Shown here in pieces: positions 34,220 through 43,682 of a DNA stretch of 64,000 nucleotides. Numbering within the stretch: position 1 is the first letter of the stretch; the number at the start of each line of letters is the position of its first letter. Origin of the DNA: Escherichia coli. GTDB taxonomy: Bacteria > Pseudomonadota > Gammaproteobacteria > Enterobacterales > Enterobacteriaceae. The position numbers and the translations under genes are program-made. Location of the stretch: the NCBI RefSeq assembly GCF_050320075.1, contig NZ_CP190019.1. One strand, given 5' to 3'. Under the pieces are notes generated by a model. It saw nothing but the letters and a program-made list of their open reading frames with translations. It was not told the DNA's origin and ran no database searches.

Positions 34220-34747
34220 TTACTGCCTCCCTTTAAAATATTTAATGACAAGCAATGGCATCAGTAAAATCGCATATGTCATGGTTAAAACAGTAAAGTA
34301 AATGGAGCAGTATAAAATAAAAAGAGTGATGACATTATGAGATAATAATTTAAAAAAACCACCTGCTGTTGTTAGTTCCAGATTATAGAACAGTGTGATA
34401 TAAATCAGAATGGCATAAAAAACGGCCCCCCAGAAACAGGATTGCACAACAAGTTTTCTTGTTACTGGCTTTATGATTTCTCTTGTCTTATATGTGCAAA
34501 GAAAAACGAGAATACCCATAACTGGTGCTGTCTTGTTGTAGTTTGACATAAGTGCTGTCATGACGGGATCATGCAATGATGTAATAGAAGGGAGAAATGC
34601 AACCTTATTATATAAGTAGTACAGCACTTGAGAATATGGATTATTTATCCGAAGTATTAATATAGCCATTAATGGAATAATACCGATTATGGAAAATGCA
34701 TATAATATTTCGTTTGCTTTCTTGTTCTTATCTTTATTGCTGGTCAT
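34220..34747 (-). CDS. cbi: Colicin B immunity protein Cbi (175 aa from internal Met)
   Basis: Multi-pass membrane protein MTSNKDKNKKANEILYAFSIIGIIPLMAILIL…; convergent with the cba remnant. Confidence 0.7.
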   Translation of the reverse strand: MTSNKDKNKKANEILYAFSIIGIIPLMAILILRINNPYSQVLYYLYNKVAFLPSITSLHDPVMTALMSNYNKTAPVMGILVFLCTYKTREIIKPVTRKLVVQSCFWGAVFYAILIYITLFYNLELTTAGGFFKLLSHNVITLFILYCSIYFTVLTMTYAILLMPLLVIKYFKGRQ

Positions 34748-34990
34748 ATATATACCTTTTTGTATTTTTATATATAGATTATATATCAGAGTTCTCAATA
34801 TATTTCCAGTATTTAATGGAGTGTACAGATATATATCTTATATATGGTAGTTCAGGTGCTTCCCTACCATTTTTAACGGCATATCCGGCAAACAATGTTA
34901 TGGGGAGCCTCTCTCATGGGGTTCGTTCGCCGGTGTAAGCGTTAGCCAGCCGCGAACTCTATTATCTTATTAACTTATAAGGAGTTATGT

Positions 34991-35806
34991 ATGGAAACCT
35001 TAACTGTTCATGCACCATCACCATCAACTAACTTACCAAGTTATGGCAATGGTGCATTTTCTCTTTCAGCACCGCATGTTCCTGGTGCTGGACCTCTTTT
35101 AGTCCAGGTTGTTTATAGTTTTTTCCAGAGTCCAAACATGTGTCTTCAGGCTTTAACTCAACTTGAGGATTACATCAAAAAACATGGGGCTAGCAACCCT
35201 CTCACATTGCAGATCATATCGACAAATATTGGTTACTTCTGTAACGCCGACCGAAATCTGGTTCTTCACCCTGGAATAAGCGTTTATGACGCTTACCACT
35301 TCTCAAAACCAGCGCCAAGTCAATATGACTATCGCTCAATGAATATGAAACAAATGAGCGGTAATGTCACTACACCAATTGTGGCGCTTGCTCACTATTT
35401 ATGGGGTAATGGCGCTGAAAGGAGCGTTAATATCGCCAACATTGGTCTTAAAATTTCCCCTATGAAAATTAATCAGATAAAAGACATTATAAAATCTGGT
35501 GTAGTAGGTACATTCCCTGTTTCTACAAAGTTCACACATGCCACTGGTGATTATAATGTTATTACCGGTGCATATCTTGGTAATATCACACTGAAAACAG
35601 AAGGTACTTTAACTATCTCTGCCAATGGCTCCTGGACTTACAATGGCGTTGTTCGTTCATATGATGATAAATACGATTTTAACGCCAGCACTCACCGTGG
35701 CGTCATCGGAGAGTCGCTCACAAGGCTCGGGGCGATGTTTTCTGGTAAAGAGTACCAGATACTGCTTCCTGGTGAAATTCACATTAAAGAAAGTGGTAAG
35801 CGATAA
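34991..35806 (+). CDS. cma: Colicin M (271 aa)
   Basis: METLTVHAPSPSTNLPSYGNGAFSLSAPHVPGAGPLLVQVVYSFFQ… matches colicin M as recalled, full length. Confidence 0.9.
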   Translation: METLTVHAPSPSTNLPSYGNGAFSLSAPHVPGAGPLLVQVVYSFFQSPNMCLQALTQLEDYIKKHGASNPLTLQIISTNIGYFCNADRNLVLHPGISVYDAYHFSKPAPSQYDYRSMNMKQMSGNVTTPIVALAHYLWGNGAERSVNIANIGLKISPMKINQIKDIIKSGVVGTFPVSTKFTHATGDYNVITGAYLGNITLKTEGTLTISANGSWTYNGVVRSYDDKYDFNASTHRGVIGESLTRLGAMFSGKEYQILLPGEIHIKESGKR

Positions 35807-35855
35807 TATAAGGGCCGGGATTCCGGCCTTTTTATGCAGCCTTTATAACAGTGTA

Positions 35856-36209
35856 TTAGTCATTCGCATATTCAACATATCCCTCTTCACAATGGTACAT
35901 GCCATAATACATTCTCTTACCCTCCGGACCTTCAGCTTTAAATGGGACAAGAAGTGTTTTTTCATCTTCAACATCTGTTAAACTTCTCTCAATCTTTTCC
36001 CATGTAATTTTCGGGATTTCTGTACCAAGAAGTTGTACATCGTTGTCCCAGCGTTTCATTCTTTGCAGGTAATCATTTTTTACAAACGTTCTGGCCTGTT
36101 CATCGCTGACCTGATAGCATGCCGGACCTTTATCTTCAGACCAGAAAAAAACAGCAGCAAGAGCAATAATCGTTAAAATAAAAATAAATTTCATGCTAAT
36201 TACTTTCAT
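35856..36209 (-). CDS. cmi: Colicin M immunity protein Cmi (117 aa from Met MKVISMK…)
   Basis: MKVISMKFIFILTIIALAAVFFWSEDKGPACYQ…; convergent with cma. Confidence 0.8.
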   Translation of the reverse strand: MKVISMKFIFILTIIALAAVFFWSEDKGPACYQVSDEQARTFVKNDYLQRMKRWDNDVQLLGTEIPKITWEKIERSLTDVEDEKTLLVPFKAEGPEGKRMYYGMYHCEEGYVEYAND

Positions 36210-36386
36210 AAAATCTCCACAACTTCTGTCGTTCATTCGATATAAAAAAACATTACGAATATATCCGTACAATGTGAGCATACTGTGAAGTGGCTTTAAC
36301 AATTATGAAATAATACAAGAGATCACATATTGCAGTGGTCTCTTCTTTTATAGAATAAATCACAATTCATAATTATGATTTGTGAC

Positions 36387-37178
36387 TTATGCGTGTCTGT
36401 TTTTCAGCATTGTGACAGCATCGGACTCAGGAATCGAAAACTGCACCCGGTGCCGTGCAGCCACATCCAGCGCAAACACCTTCGTGTACACCTCTGTCGA
36501 ACTAATCGACTTGTGCCCCATCAGGCTCTGCAGCACCTTCAGCGGAATACCAGCATACAGCATATGCATCGCGTAGGAATGGCGGAAAGTATGTGGGGTA
36601 ACCGGAACAGAGAACGTCACGCCGTCGGCCGCAGCGGCCTCTACAGCTTCATTCAGCCAGGTGCGAACTGTGCGGTCGGTGATTCCCCAGATGCGCGCCT
36701 TCTCCATTCTTCCGGTTCGTTTGTTTCTGCGCTCCAGTGGGATTTTCAGCGTGGCCACCATCATCTGCAGTTGGCTGACGTATTGTGTATCGGACAGGGG
36801 AACCAGGCGATGCACCTGACTGCCAGCAGGGACACGGCCTGCCGTTCTGGTCGCTTTTTCAGTCCGTTGTTTGAGCGTGGCCAGCTGTACGAACGGATAT
36901 GGCGGCGCCAGAGAAAAATCTCCCCGCGTCAGCGCCAGCGCTTCGTTTATACGTGCGCCCGTGTTCCACAGGGTGGCCAGCAACATTTTGCGGTGCAGAT
37001 CCGGTACATAGTGGAGCAGGGCGCTGATCTCCGGCGCCAACAGATATTTTGGTAATTCGTCCTGCACAAGTGCCATCTGACGTAGTGCCAGCGCAGCCGG
37101 GTAATCAATGGCAACAGGTAATGTTGCCGGAGGCGTTAAAAAAGAACCAGGCAGGGAAAGCAATTGTGGGCCACTCAT
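36387..37178 (-). CDS. Tyrosine site-specific recombinase (ResD/XerD-like), 263 aa
   Basis: C-terminal catalytic region …HTFRHSYAMHMLYAGIPLKVLQSLMGHKSISSTEVYTKV…; paralogous to int at 1263..2003. Confidence 0.8.
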   Translation of the reverse strand: MSGPQLLSLPGSFLTPPATLPVAIDYPAALALRQMALVQDELPKYLLAPEISALLHYVPDLHRKMLLATLWNTGARINEALALTRGDFSLAPPYPFVQLATLKQRTEKATRTAGRVPAGSQVHRLVPLSDTQYVSQLQMMVATLKIPLERRNKRTGRMEKARIWGITDRTVRTWLNEAVEAAAADGVTFSVPVTPHTFRHSYAMHMLYAGIPLKVLQSLMGHKSISSTEVYTKVFALDVAARHRVQFSIPESDAVTMLKNRHA

Positions 37179-37864
37179 GATGTCCCCTTTATGAAATCCT
37201 CAATCTCTTGCTCGGTCTTTTTAGACTTCTTTACCATTTCGTACTCCTTTTGGAGTGTTTTACCTCTGGCTTTCAACAATACCAACCTCGTTGGCGATAG
37301 TGTATCGGAAAGGCCGTGCAGAGGGAGGCCACATAACATTCTCAGTTCTCGTGATAACCGCAGTGCTTTTACTCCCAACATAGCTGCGTTTTTATGCAAA
37401 CTATATTCACCCGCTCCACCATAAGGAGTATCTTCAACAAACACATTATCTACACACACGACAGCTTCGTAGCTGAGAACAGAGAGTTCGCTGAGCCTAT
37501 ACATCAGGCCAGAAGGAAGGGAGCGCCAGTTACCAGATACCGGGGAATAATCGATTTCCGGTAATAAGAACTCAGCTTCTCCTCTGCCATCCTGATCGTG
37601 CTCCACAGTTGCTGTTGCTGCTGGAGCGCAACGCTGCGCAAATCGCTCAAGTAAAAAAACCAGCTCTGTACTAATGTAAAGACGCTCGCTGGCCAGCTTC
37701 GCTGCTGCAGTTCTCTCCTCACGTCTGAGTGTGAAGTGGTGAGTAAGGAACACCGCTCCGACAGCAGATGCGATGGTCGATACAGCTGTAATTATCTGCG
37801 GCCCCAGACTGGCGCTGTCCTTCACCACCTTCACGCCTTCGGTCGCAATAAACCAGTCAGCCAT
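37175..37864 (-). CDS. Hypothetical membrane-anchored protein (229 aa)
   Basis: N-terminal hydrophobic helix (IITAVSTIASAVGAVFLTHHF); stop overlaps recombinase start (ATGA). Confidence 0.5.
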   Translation of the reverse strand: MADWFIATEGVKVVKDSASLGPQIITAVSTIASAVGAVFLTHHFTLRREERTAAAKLASERLYISTELVFLLERFAQRCAPAATATVEHDQDGRGEAEFLLPEIDYSPVSGNWRSLPSGLMYRLSELSVLSYEAVVCVDNVFVEDTPYGGAGEYSLHKNAAMLGVKALRLSRELRMLCGLPLHGLSDTLSPTRLVLLKARGKTLQKEYEMVKKSKKTEQEIEDFIKGTS

Positions 37865-37907
37865 GTTTATTCCTTTATTGTTGAGAAATCCCGCCTTCTG
37901 TATGTAT

Positions 37908-38258
37908 TCAGCGGTCGGCAGCCAGTTCTTCAGCCAGCTTCACAAAGCCTTTGTGCTCAGTCTGCAGGTAATGGCTGTAAATCCGGGCATCACGTTCTGT
38001 GAGCCCGGATGGATTGCCGGTGAAGTAACGTTGCAGCACCGCAATACAGTGATTGTAGGTATCGAGATCATATTCCCAGTTTCCCAGCTCACCGGCCGCA
38101 TCCAGCTCCCGGCGAAACTGCTCGTATTTACGGAGCAGAATGCCAAGACCTAATTCTGTTGCAGCATAAACATTATTTTCTCCTGGCGCGGAAATCGCAT
38201 TACGGATTTTTTCAAAAGCATAACTGAAATCATTTCTCTCATTGAATGCAGTAAACAT
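37908..38258 (-). CDS. Hypothetical protein (116 aa)
   Basis: ORF 44 bp upstream of the 229-aa gene, same strand. Confidence 0.45.
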   Translation of the reverse strand: MFTAFNERNDFSYAFEKIRNAISAPGENNVYAATELGLGILLRKYEQFRRELDAAGELGNWEYDLDTYNHCIAVLQRYFTGNPSGLTERDARIYSHYLQTEHKGFVKLAEELAADR

Positions 38259-38437
38259 GTCCTTTCCTCAGTTGAATAGTTAGCCGTGCAATTTTACCAC
38301 ACCTCAATCATCGCCAGATGAGTGCCACTCTGTTGAGAACAGTGACTTTCACAAAAAATGAATTTCACATACTGAAATAATAAGTAGCCATATAGAAACG
38401 CAGTTAAATTACCGGAGAGCCGTTTCCGTCAGATCCG

Positions 38438-38466
38438 ACTTTCCGGAATATCACAACTTTCCGGAA
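38438..38466. promoter_or_regulatory. Two copies of palindromic octamer TTCCGGAA (within ACTTTCCGGAA direct repeats)
   Basis: ACTTTCCGGAA at 38438-38448 and 38456-38466, about 180 bp upstream of the 116-aa gene. Confidence 0.3.
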
Positions 38467-38710
38467 GTGTACCACGCTGAGAAAATAATCATATCGCTGT
38501 TTTCCGCCCCTGCGCGGCGCATCACAGGTCAGGGAGATGACACAACATATAGTGTCATGAGCAGCTGAATGAGATACCACATGTTGTGCTGACAGGAGGT
38601 GGCGTTGTGTGGGGGGAGAGGAAGATCCGTAACCAGGAGTTTTCGGATCTTCCTGAAGAAAAAGAAAGATTAATGTAAAATTAACAATAATTAACAGCCA
38701 TTGATAACTA

Positions 38711-38745
38711 AAACAGATTAATGCACATTAAGCATTAATCTGTTT
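38711..38745. repeat. Perfect inverted repeat (14-bp arms, 7-bp spacer) with ATTAATGC half-site
   Basis: AAACAGATTAATGC-ACATTAA-GCATTAATCTGTTT, 45 bp downstream of the KAP NTPase stop; followed by a T-run on the + strand. Confidence 0.6.
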
Positions 38746-38789
38746 TTATTTTTGTATTTAAGGCAATTAAAACACCGTATCAATGATGC

Positions 38790-41700
38790 TCAGTCATAAA
38801 ACTCAACATCACGGACATAGCGTACGGGAGTAATAACAATTTTGTGTTCATCACGCCCTGACCCCATTTTTGGCGGCTGAATAAATCCAAGATTGCTGAT
38901 TAATTCGGCCACTTCCCACAAATCCACGGAGTGAGGGATTTTCCTGAACCTGTCATGTGGTAACAGTCCATGATAGCTCTCATCAGCAAAACTGTTCAGC
39001 ACCACGCAAAGCGCGTCTTTGCCAGCATCCCCGGCAACCAGACAACGTTTAAGCAGTGTCAGGCGCAGATCATCGTCACCCATCCAGGGACTCAGTTCTG
39101 CCAGAATATCTAATGACAGCAGGTAGCTCTTATCAAGAATTCCCGGTTTGTTATCACGCAACCAGCGTAAAGCGGCAACTTTTATATTCATACCGATTAG
39201 CTTGTGACGAAAAAGTTCGCTTGCCAGTTCTTCATCAAAGTCACCCTCGATATAAAAAATATCTTCTGGCTCCTGGGTAATAATCTCAGGACGCTGGGCA
39301 ATAAGGTTACCAAGCAGAGTATTCATCCTGTTAATATCATCAACATTTCCACAGAGAGCATTAAACAACACCGTAAAGACATTAACTGTCGGTGCCAGTT
39401 TTTTCTCTGAACATAACAGTTCAGCATTTCGCAATGGAATGTTTTCAGGCACATCGATAATAACAACGTTTAAATTACTCAGTACTTTCAGTAAAGCTTC
39501 TTCTGAAATGACTGGCGAGCAAATTAATTCAGAAATAAAATTATTAAATATTCCTGTATCATTTATGACTATATCAGATGGTTCAAATTCAAAGTGTTTC
39601 TCATTTACCCACTGAACAAGTTCACCGGAAGTATTAATTGATGTATCATGCAATAAATGAATAATATTATCAAAGGATGGAAAAATCCTGTCATGCTGCA
39701 ACAGCATGCTATAGATATTTCTCCCTGAAGCATTATTGTCCGCACACTCTGAACGATTAATAATATCATCCAGATTATTTATACAAAAATCCATTTTGGC
39801 TATAATCTGTTCAACAACAGTCATTGAGACTTCAGAAGAATTCAGCAATTCAGGAATACGATCAATCTCTTCCGATTCAATAAATACCGATAAAATAAAA
39901 TCTTCTATGTTAGTCCACAGAACTTCTGTTAATTCAGAAATAGCCAGGGACTCGAGACAATGAAACGGATAAAGAGAGAATGACATTCTTTCTTCATTCT
40001 TGTCTTGCGTCAGGCAAAGATAAACATTTTTAAGATTACTGACGGAATATTTGAATAATCCTGCACCCGCAATTTTCCTGATAACAGAACACTTCTCGTC
40101 TCCCACATCACCTGGAATATATGAAACTGAAAGTGTATTATCTTTCAACACTTCAAAAAACGCATCACCATATCCTTTTGGCACAGCAGTAATAAGAATT
40201 GGGGAGGAATCTATAAGTTCACCGATACGTTTATTAATCTCAACCGATTGCCAGATATTTGATTTTTCAGTCAGGCATAACAGGTGTGCCGCTATTTCCT
40301 GAACAAAAAACTTTTGCTCGGGTGTGCGTTCTTCTGACGCACATAAATGTGCCAGCAATCTGTTCAGTATATGTTCATCTGACATAAAAATCTCCAGGTA
40401 ACGCAGGCGAACATACGTTGTGAAATCGTTCTGCATCAACATCAGCAAACTAACCACACGCTGGCTACCCGTCTGACTCAGTAATGCCATTATATTGTTT
40501 TTCAGGGTATCAGGGTCATTATCAATCAGCCATCTGATAACAGCAGGATGTTGAGCATTGTCACGCTGCAGAACCCCCAGCTTTTTGAGTCGTTCAACAA
40601 TATTATTAACGTTATCAAGATGGAATGAGAATGTTTTTTCCGGACCTTTACCAGACATAACATCCTTAAGAAATAAATTATCTGTCTCACTCAGCCCTCC
40701 GGGAATGAAGATTGAGCGATAGGACATGTAATCTGTTGATAAATAACCACTTGATAACAGAAAAAATATAAAGTCAATCTGTTCATGTTCCGACTGAATC
40801 GTCAGGACACCTGTATCCTCTTTCTTCTTTATCCAGGCAACAAAGCCTTCATTTGTCATCTTTTCTGCTATATCAGCTACAGTTCCGGAAAGAATTTCGG
40901 TCCTCAATGACTCCAGACTGGAAATATTATTTTTCACTCTGGTTATATTATCAACAGATTTAGTTTCAATTAAATGGCATCGTTTTTCATACTGCTGCTT
41001 CAGTTTTTCTGTATCCCGCTGATTTATCATGAGAAAAATTTGTCTGTTATAGGGGGTAACGACCTGAATATTTTCCTTATCTAAAAGCATGAGAAATTCA
41101 TCTTCATCTTGTATCAAATCATCAAGACTTATTTGCCTTCCTTCTGTATAAAAAACAAGCGCGCCGCTATAATTTTTACTAAGGTAAGGCATGAGCAGTT
41201 CTTCGCGCAGATTTTCCCGGTTTGCGAGTTTTTCATTTGTTATCGCTACAAGTGACTGTGCCATATCCTCAAGTTCGTTATTTGCAGAATGTAATAATTC
41301 ATTCTGAATTTCATGGTCTAAGTAGCTTTGAATAAAATGATAAAGAACACCTTTTTTACTATCTATACCATGATAATCTTCCGCACAGAGATTTTTATAT
41401 GCTATCATGGCAAGTAGTTTGGCCAGATTTTCCCGACTATTGACTAAATTCTGATAGAGTCGAAACTCATTTGTAATATTATGCATTACACGCATATTGG
41501 GAATAAATGTCGCAATACGAGAAATACATTCGCTTAAGTTATTATTTATCTCTTCTTCTTTGAATTTTTTAACAAAATGCTCATAAGCATTCTGGTTATC
41601 CATCACTGGAATAACAGGCATAACAAAATCAAAGAATTTCGTTCTTGACTCTGCTGAGTTGAAAATACCATCTCTGACAGCATAAATAAATTTTACAGGT

Positions 41701-42611
41701 TTTCTGTCAGAAAGGCAGTTATTAATAATTTGATTGATTTCCCGCAATTTCACGAAAATCCGGCCATTGTTAAAACGGTCAAGATCTTCGAATATCACTA
41801 CATCATATTTAGTCGAATCAAAAAAATAGACAATTTCATCAATATAGACATTAAGTAAAGAAGGTGATGATGCCCGGGTTGTAACAGCGCCTTTCAGAAG
41901 GTCCACTTTATCAAGACTTACTTTCCTGTCAAATATACCGATACGATGTAACTGGTTCAAAAGCAGGCATAACGATCCCATCACAGATGCCACTGCACCG
42001 GACACACGCACCCCAAACGGGCATTCAAGAAGGTAACGGGCGAATGCTCCCGGCAAAGATAGCTTTGTTGTAACGTAATCCGGCGCAAGGAAAAATAAAG
42101 CAGCTCCACTCAGTAAAATGGTTCCTGTCAGAAAAGACGCAGACCGCAATATTTGTCCCGCAGTCACATCTGATATACGGTCAATGCGGGAACAGGGAAG
42201 CTCATGCTTTTTATTTTTGTAGAGTATTTGTTGCAGAATACTGTATTCAATAGATTTTTCAACACTACCAGTATTTTTCGTCCCTTCGTCACTACTGCTG
42301 TCCCCATTACTTTCATCCACATGTCTCTGCATATCAAAATCAGCAAGAGAAACGGTTAACACCCGCAGTGTCCCATTGTGAGCTTTGCACCATGTTTTTA
42401 ATACTGAGCTTTTCCCTGCCCCATACGGCCCGGTAACAGCAATATTCCGGATATCCGGATGTTCATAAGCATAATTAAGCGCGCTGATATAACAGCCTGC
42501 TTTATCTGAGTCGAGTTCTGTCGGAGTCAGTGCTTCATAGCTCACTGCATTTGCCTCAGCATGATCACTATCGGCAACGATCGGTGTCAGCCACGGTGTG
42601 GACATTATCAT
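38790..42611 (-). CDS. KAP-family P-loop NTPase with intra-domain transmembrane helices (1273 aa); function unknown
   Basis: Walker A NIAVTGPYGAGKSS; hydrophobic helices (FLTGTILLSGAALFFLAP, VRVSGAVASVMGSLCLLLNQL) inserted before Walker B-like YDVVIFEDLDRF; about 950-aa C-terminal region without assignable motif. Confidence 0.65.
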   Translation of the reverse strand: MIMSTPWLTPIVADSDHAEANAVSYEALTPTELDSDKAGCYISALNYAYEHPDIRNIAVTGPYGAGKSSVLKTWCKAHNGTLRVLTVSLADFDMQRHVDESNGDSSSDEGTKNTGSVEKSIEYSILQQILYKNKKHELPCSRIDRISDVTAGQILRSASFLTGTILLSGAALFFLAPDYVTTKLSLPGAFARYLLECPFGVRVSGAVASVMGSLCLLLNQLHRIGIFDRKVSLDKVDLLKGAVTTRASSPSLLNVYIDEIVYFFDSTKYDVVIFEDLDRFNNGRIFVKLREINQIINNCLSDRKPVKFIYAVRDGIFNSAESRTKFFDFVMPVIPVMDNQNAYEHFVKKFKEEEINNNLSECISRIATFIPNMRVMHNITNEFRLYQNLVNSRENLAKLLAMIAYKNLCAEDYHGIDSKKGVLYHFIQSYLDHEIQNELLHSANNELEDMAQSLVAITNEKLANRENLREELLMPYLSKNYSGALVFYTEGRQISLDDLIQDEDEFLMLLDKENIQVVTPYNRQIFLMINQRDTEKLKQQYEKRCHLIETKSVDNITRVKNNISSLESLRTEILSGTVADIAEKMTNEGFVAWIKKKEDTGVLTIQSEHEQIDFIFFLLSSGYLSTDYMSYRSIFIPGGLSETDNLFLKDVMSGKGPEKTFSFHLDNVNNIVERLKKLGVLQRDNAQHPAVIRWLIDNDPDTLKNNIMALLSQTGSQRVVSLLMLMQNDFTTYVRLRYLEIFMSDEHILNRLLAHLCASEERTPEQKFFVQEIAAHLLCLTEKSNIWQSVEINKRIGELIDSSPILITAVPKGYGDAFFEVLKDNTLSVSYIPGDVGDEKCSVIRKIAGAGLFKYSVSNLKNVYLCLTQDKNEERMSFSLYPFHCLESLAISELTEVLWTNIEDFILSVFIESEEIDRIPELLNSSEVSMTVVEQIIAKMDFCINNLDDIINRSECADNNASGRNIYSMLLQHDRIFPSFDNIIHLLHDTSINTSGELVQWVNEKHFEFEPSDIVINDTGIFNNFISELICSPVISEEALLKVLSNLNVVIIDVPENIPLRNAELLCSEKKLAPTVNVFTVLFNALCGNVDDINRMNTLLGNLIAQRPEIITQEPEDIFYIEGDFDEELASELFRHKLIGMNIKVAALRWLRDNKPGILDKSYLLSLDILAELSPWMGDDDLRLTLLKRCLVAGDAGKDALCVVLNSFADESYHGLLPHDRFRKIPHSVDLWEVAELISNLGFIQPPKMGSGRDEHKIVITPVRYVRDVEFYD

Positions 42612-43033
42612 TGATACAATTCCGTTGTTGTTTTAGTTACATTTTACTGGTTTTATTCCGCTTTTATCTCAAGCATGGATCTCTGAATTTCTTAACTTAA
42701 CCAGACGAGAAGAAAGCAGGCAAAGGCAACCGTACTTACCTGAAGAGACGACTGTGATAGCATAAATCGATTTTTAAGACGATAATTTTCCTCTTACCGT
42801 ACGTTTTCGTACGGTTGGCCCTCAAACCCCTATCAGGCCTGCCGTGGAGATTTTGTGGTGCGTCTCGACGGCAGCACCTGTCTGCAGTTATGGAATAAAG
42901 AAGGCAGAGTGGTACGCCGGGAGGGCGATCCGCTGGAAGTGGCGCAGTGGCTGCAGGCCTGTCATGATGCCGGAATAGAAGTTCGTGTACAGGTTAATGA
43001 AAGCGTCACTCCGTAAAAACATGCCAGCACGGT

Positions 43034-43381
43034 TTACACATCATCCCATGATGGCAGCCGCTTAACTTTCCTGCGCCACCAGTGGAAAGAGGCCATGAGC
43101 AGTCCGAACAAAAAACCCCCCGTGATACTTATAATAATGGCCTCACCTGCCACCATTCCTGACGGCCCCCAGTAGATAAACCACATTGCACATCCCCAGG
43201 AAATGCCCCATAAGCCCCCCGTCAGCACCGTGACCTGCCAGAACGGCATAAAGGGTAATGGCGGAAGCCGGATACCCAGCCGCCAGAGAATACGCAGAAG
43301 AGGAGGGGCATAATTGCTCCGCCACATCTTTTTGCTGTCCATCAGGGCAATGGCCCGGGCTTTTTTCTGCTCAAAGGTCAC
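43034..43381 (-). CDS. Hypothetical small membrane protein (115 aa)
   Basis: Two hydrophobic Trp-rich segments (VTVLTGGLWGISWGCAMWFIYWGPSG; IIISITGGFLFGLLMASFHWW). Confidence 0.45.
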   Translation of the reverse strand: MTFEQKKARAIALMDSKKMWRSNYAPPLLRILWRLGIRLPPLPFMPFWQVTVLTGGLWGISWGCAMWFIYWGPSGMVAGEAIIISITGGFLFGLLMASFHWWRRKVKRLPSWDDV

Positions 43382-43621
43382 AGGAGCACCTCCGTTCCAT
43401 GATGTAAACGTGACACAGCTTATTGTTATTGATTATTATTATCATGCTGTGATTATGTTGTCATGCACCGGTACACTGACAAAAGAAAGGGAGAACAGGA
43501 GGCCGGCTGATGAACAGGAAATATTATCTTAATCCGCGTAAGCGGGCCGTGAGGGCCGCTTACAAGCGTGTATGAGATCAGTTTGGATATTCGAAATTAT
43601 TGTACGTTTAACGCACCATAC

Positions 43622-43655
43622 ATTAATGCTAATGTATGCATACATTAGCATTAAT
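43622..43655. repeat. 34-bp perfect palindrome ATTAATGCTAATGTATGCATACATTAGCATTAAT
   Basis: Self-complementary over its full length; 27 bp downstream of the 160-aa ORF stop. Confidence 0.7.
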
Positions 43656-43682
43656 GATGAAGGAAAAGAATAACAATGGCAG

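Noticed and set aside
34800-34990. Possible LexA/SOS box upstream of cma (GTGTACAGATATATATC)
   Set aside because: Does not fit CTGT-N8-ACAG convincingly; the native SOS promoter was probably lost with cba
38701-38760. Palindrome at 38711..38745 as the rho-independent terminator of the KAP NTPase gene
   Set aside because: The T-run follows the hairpin on the + strand, not on the minus-strand transcript; kept as a repeat/possible operator rather than called a terminator for this gene
42786-43016. Open frame …DFVVRLDGSTCLQLWNKEGRVVRREGDPLEVAQWLQACHDAGIEVRVQVNESVTP*
   Set aside because: No ATG/GTG/TTG start codon in frame after the upstream stop; possibly a gene remnant, but cannot be supported as a CDS
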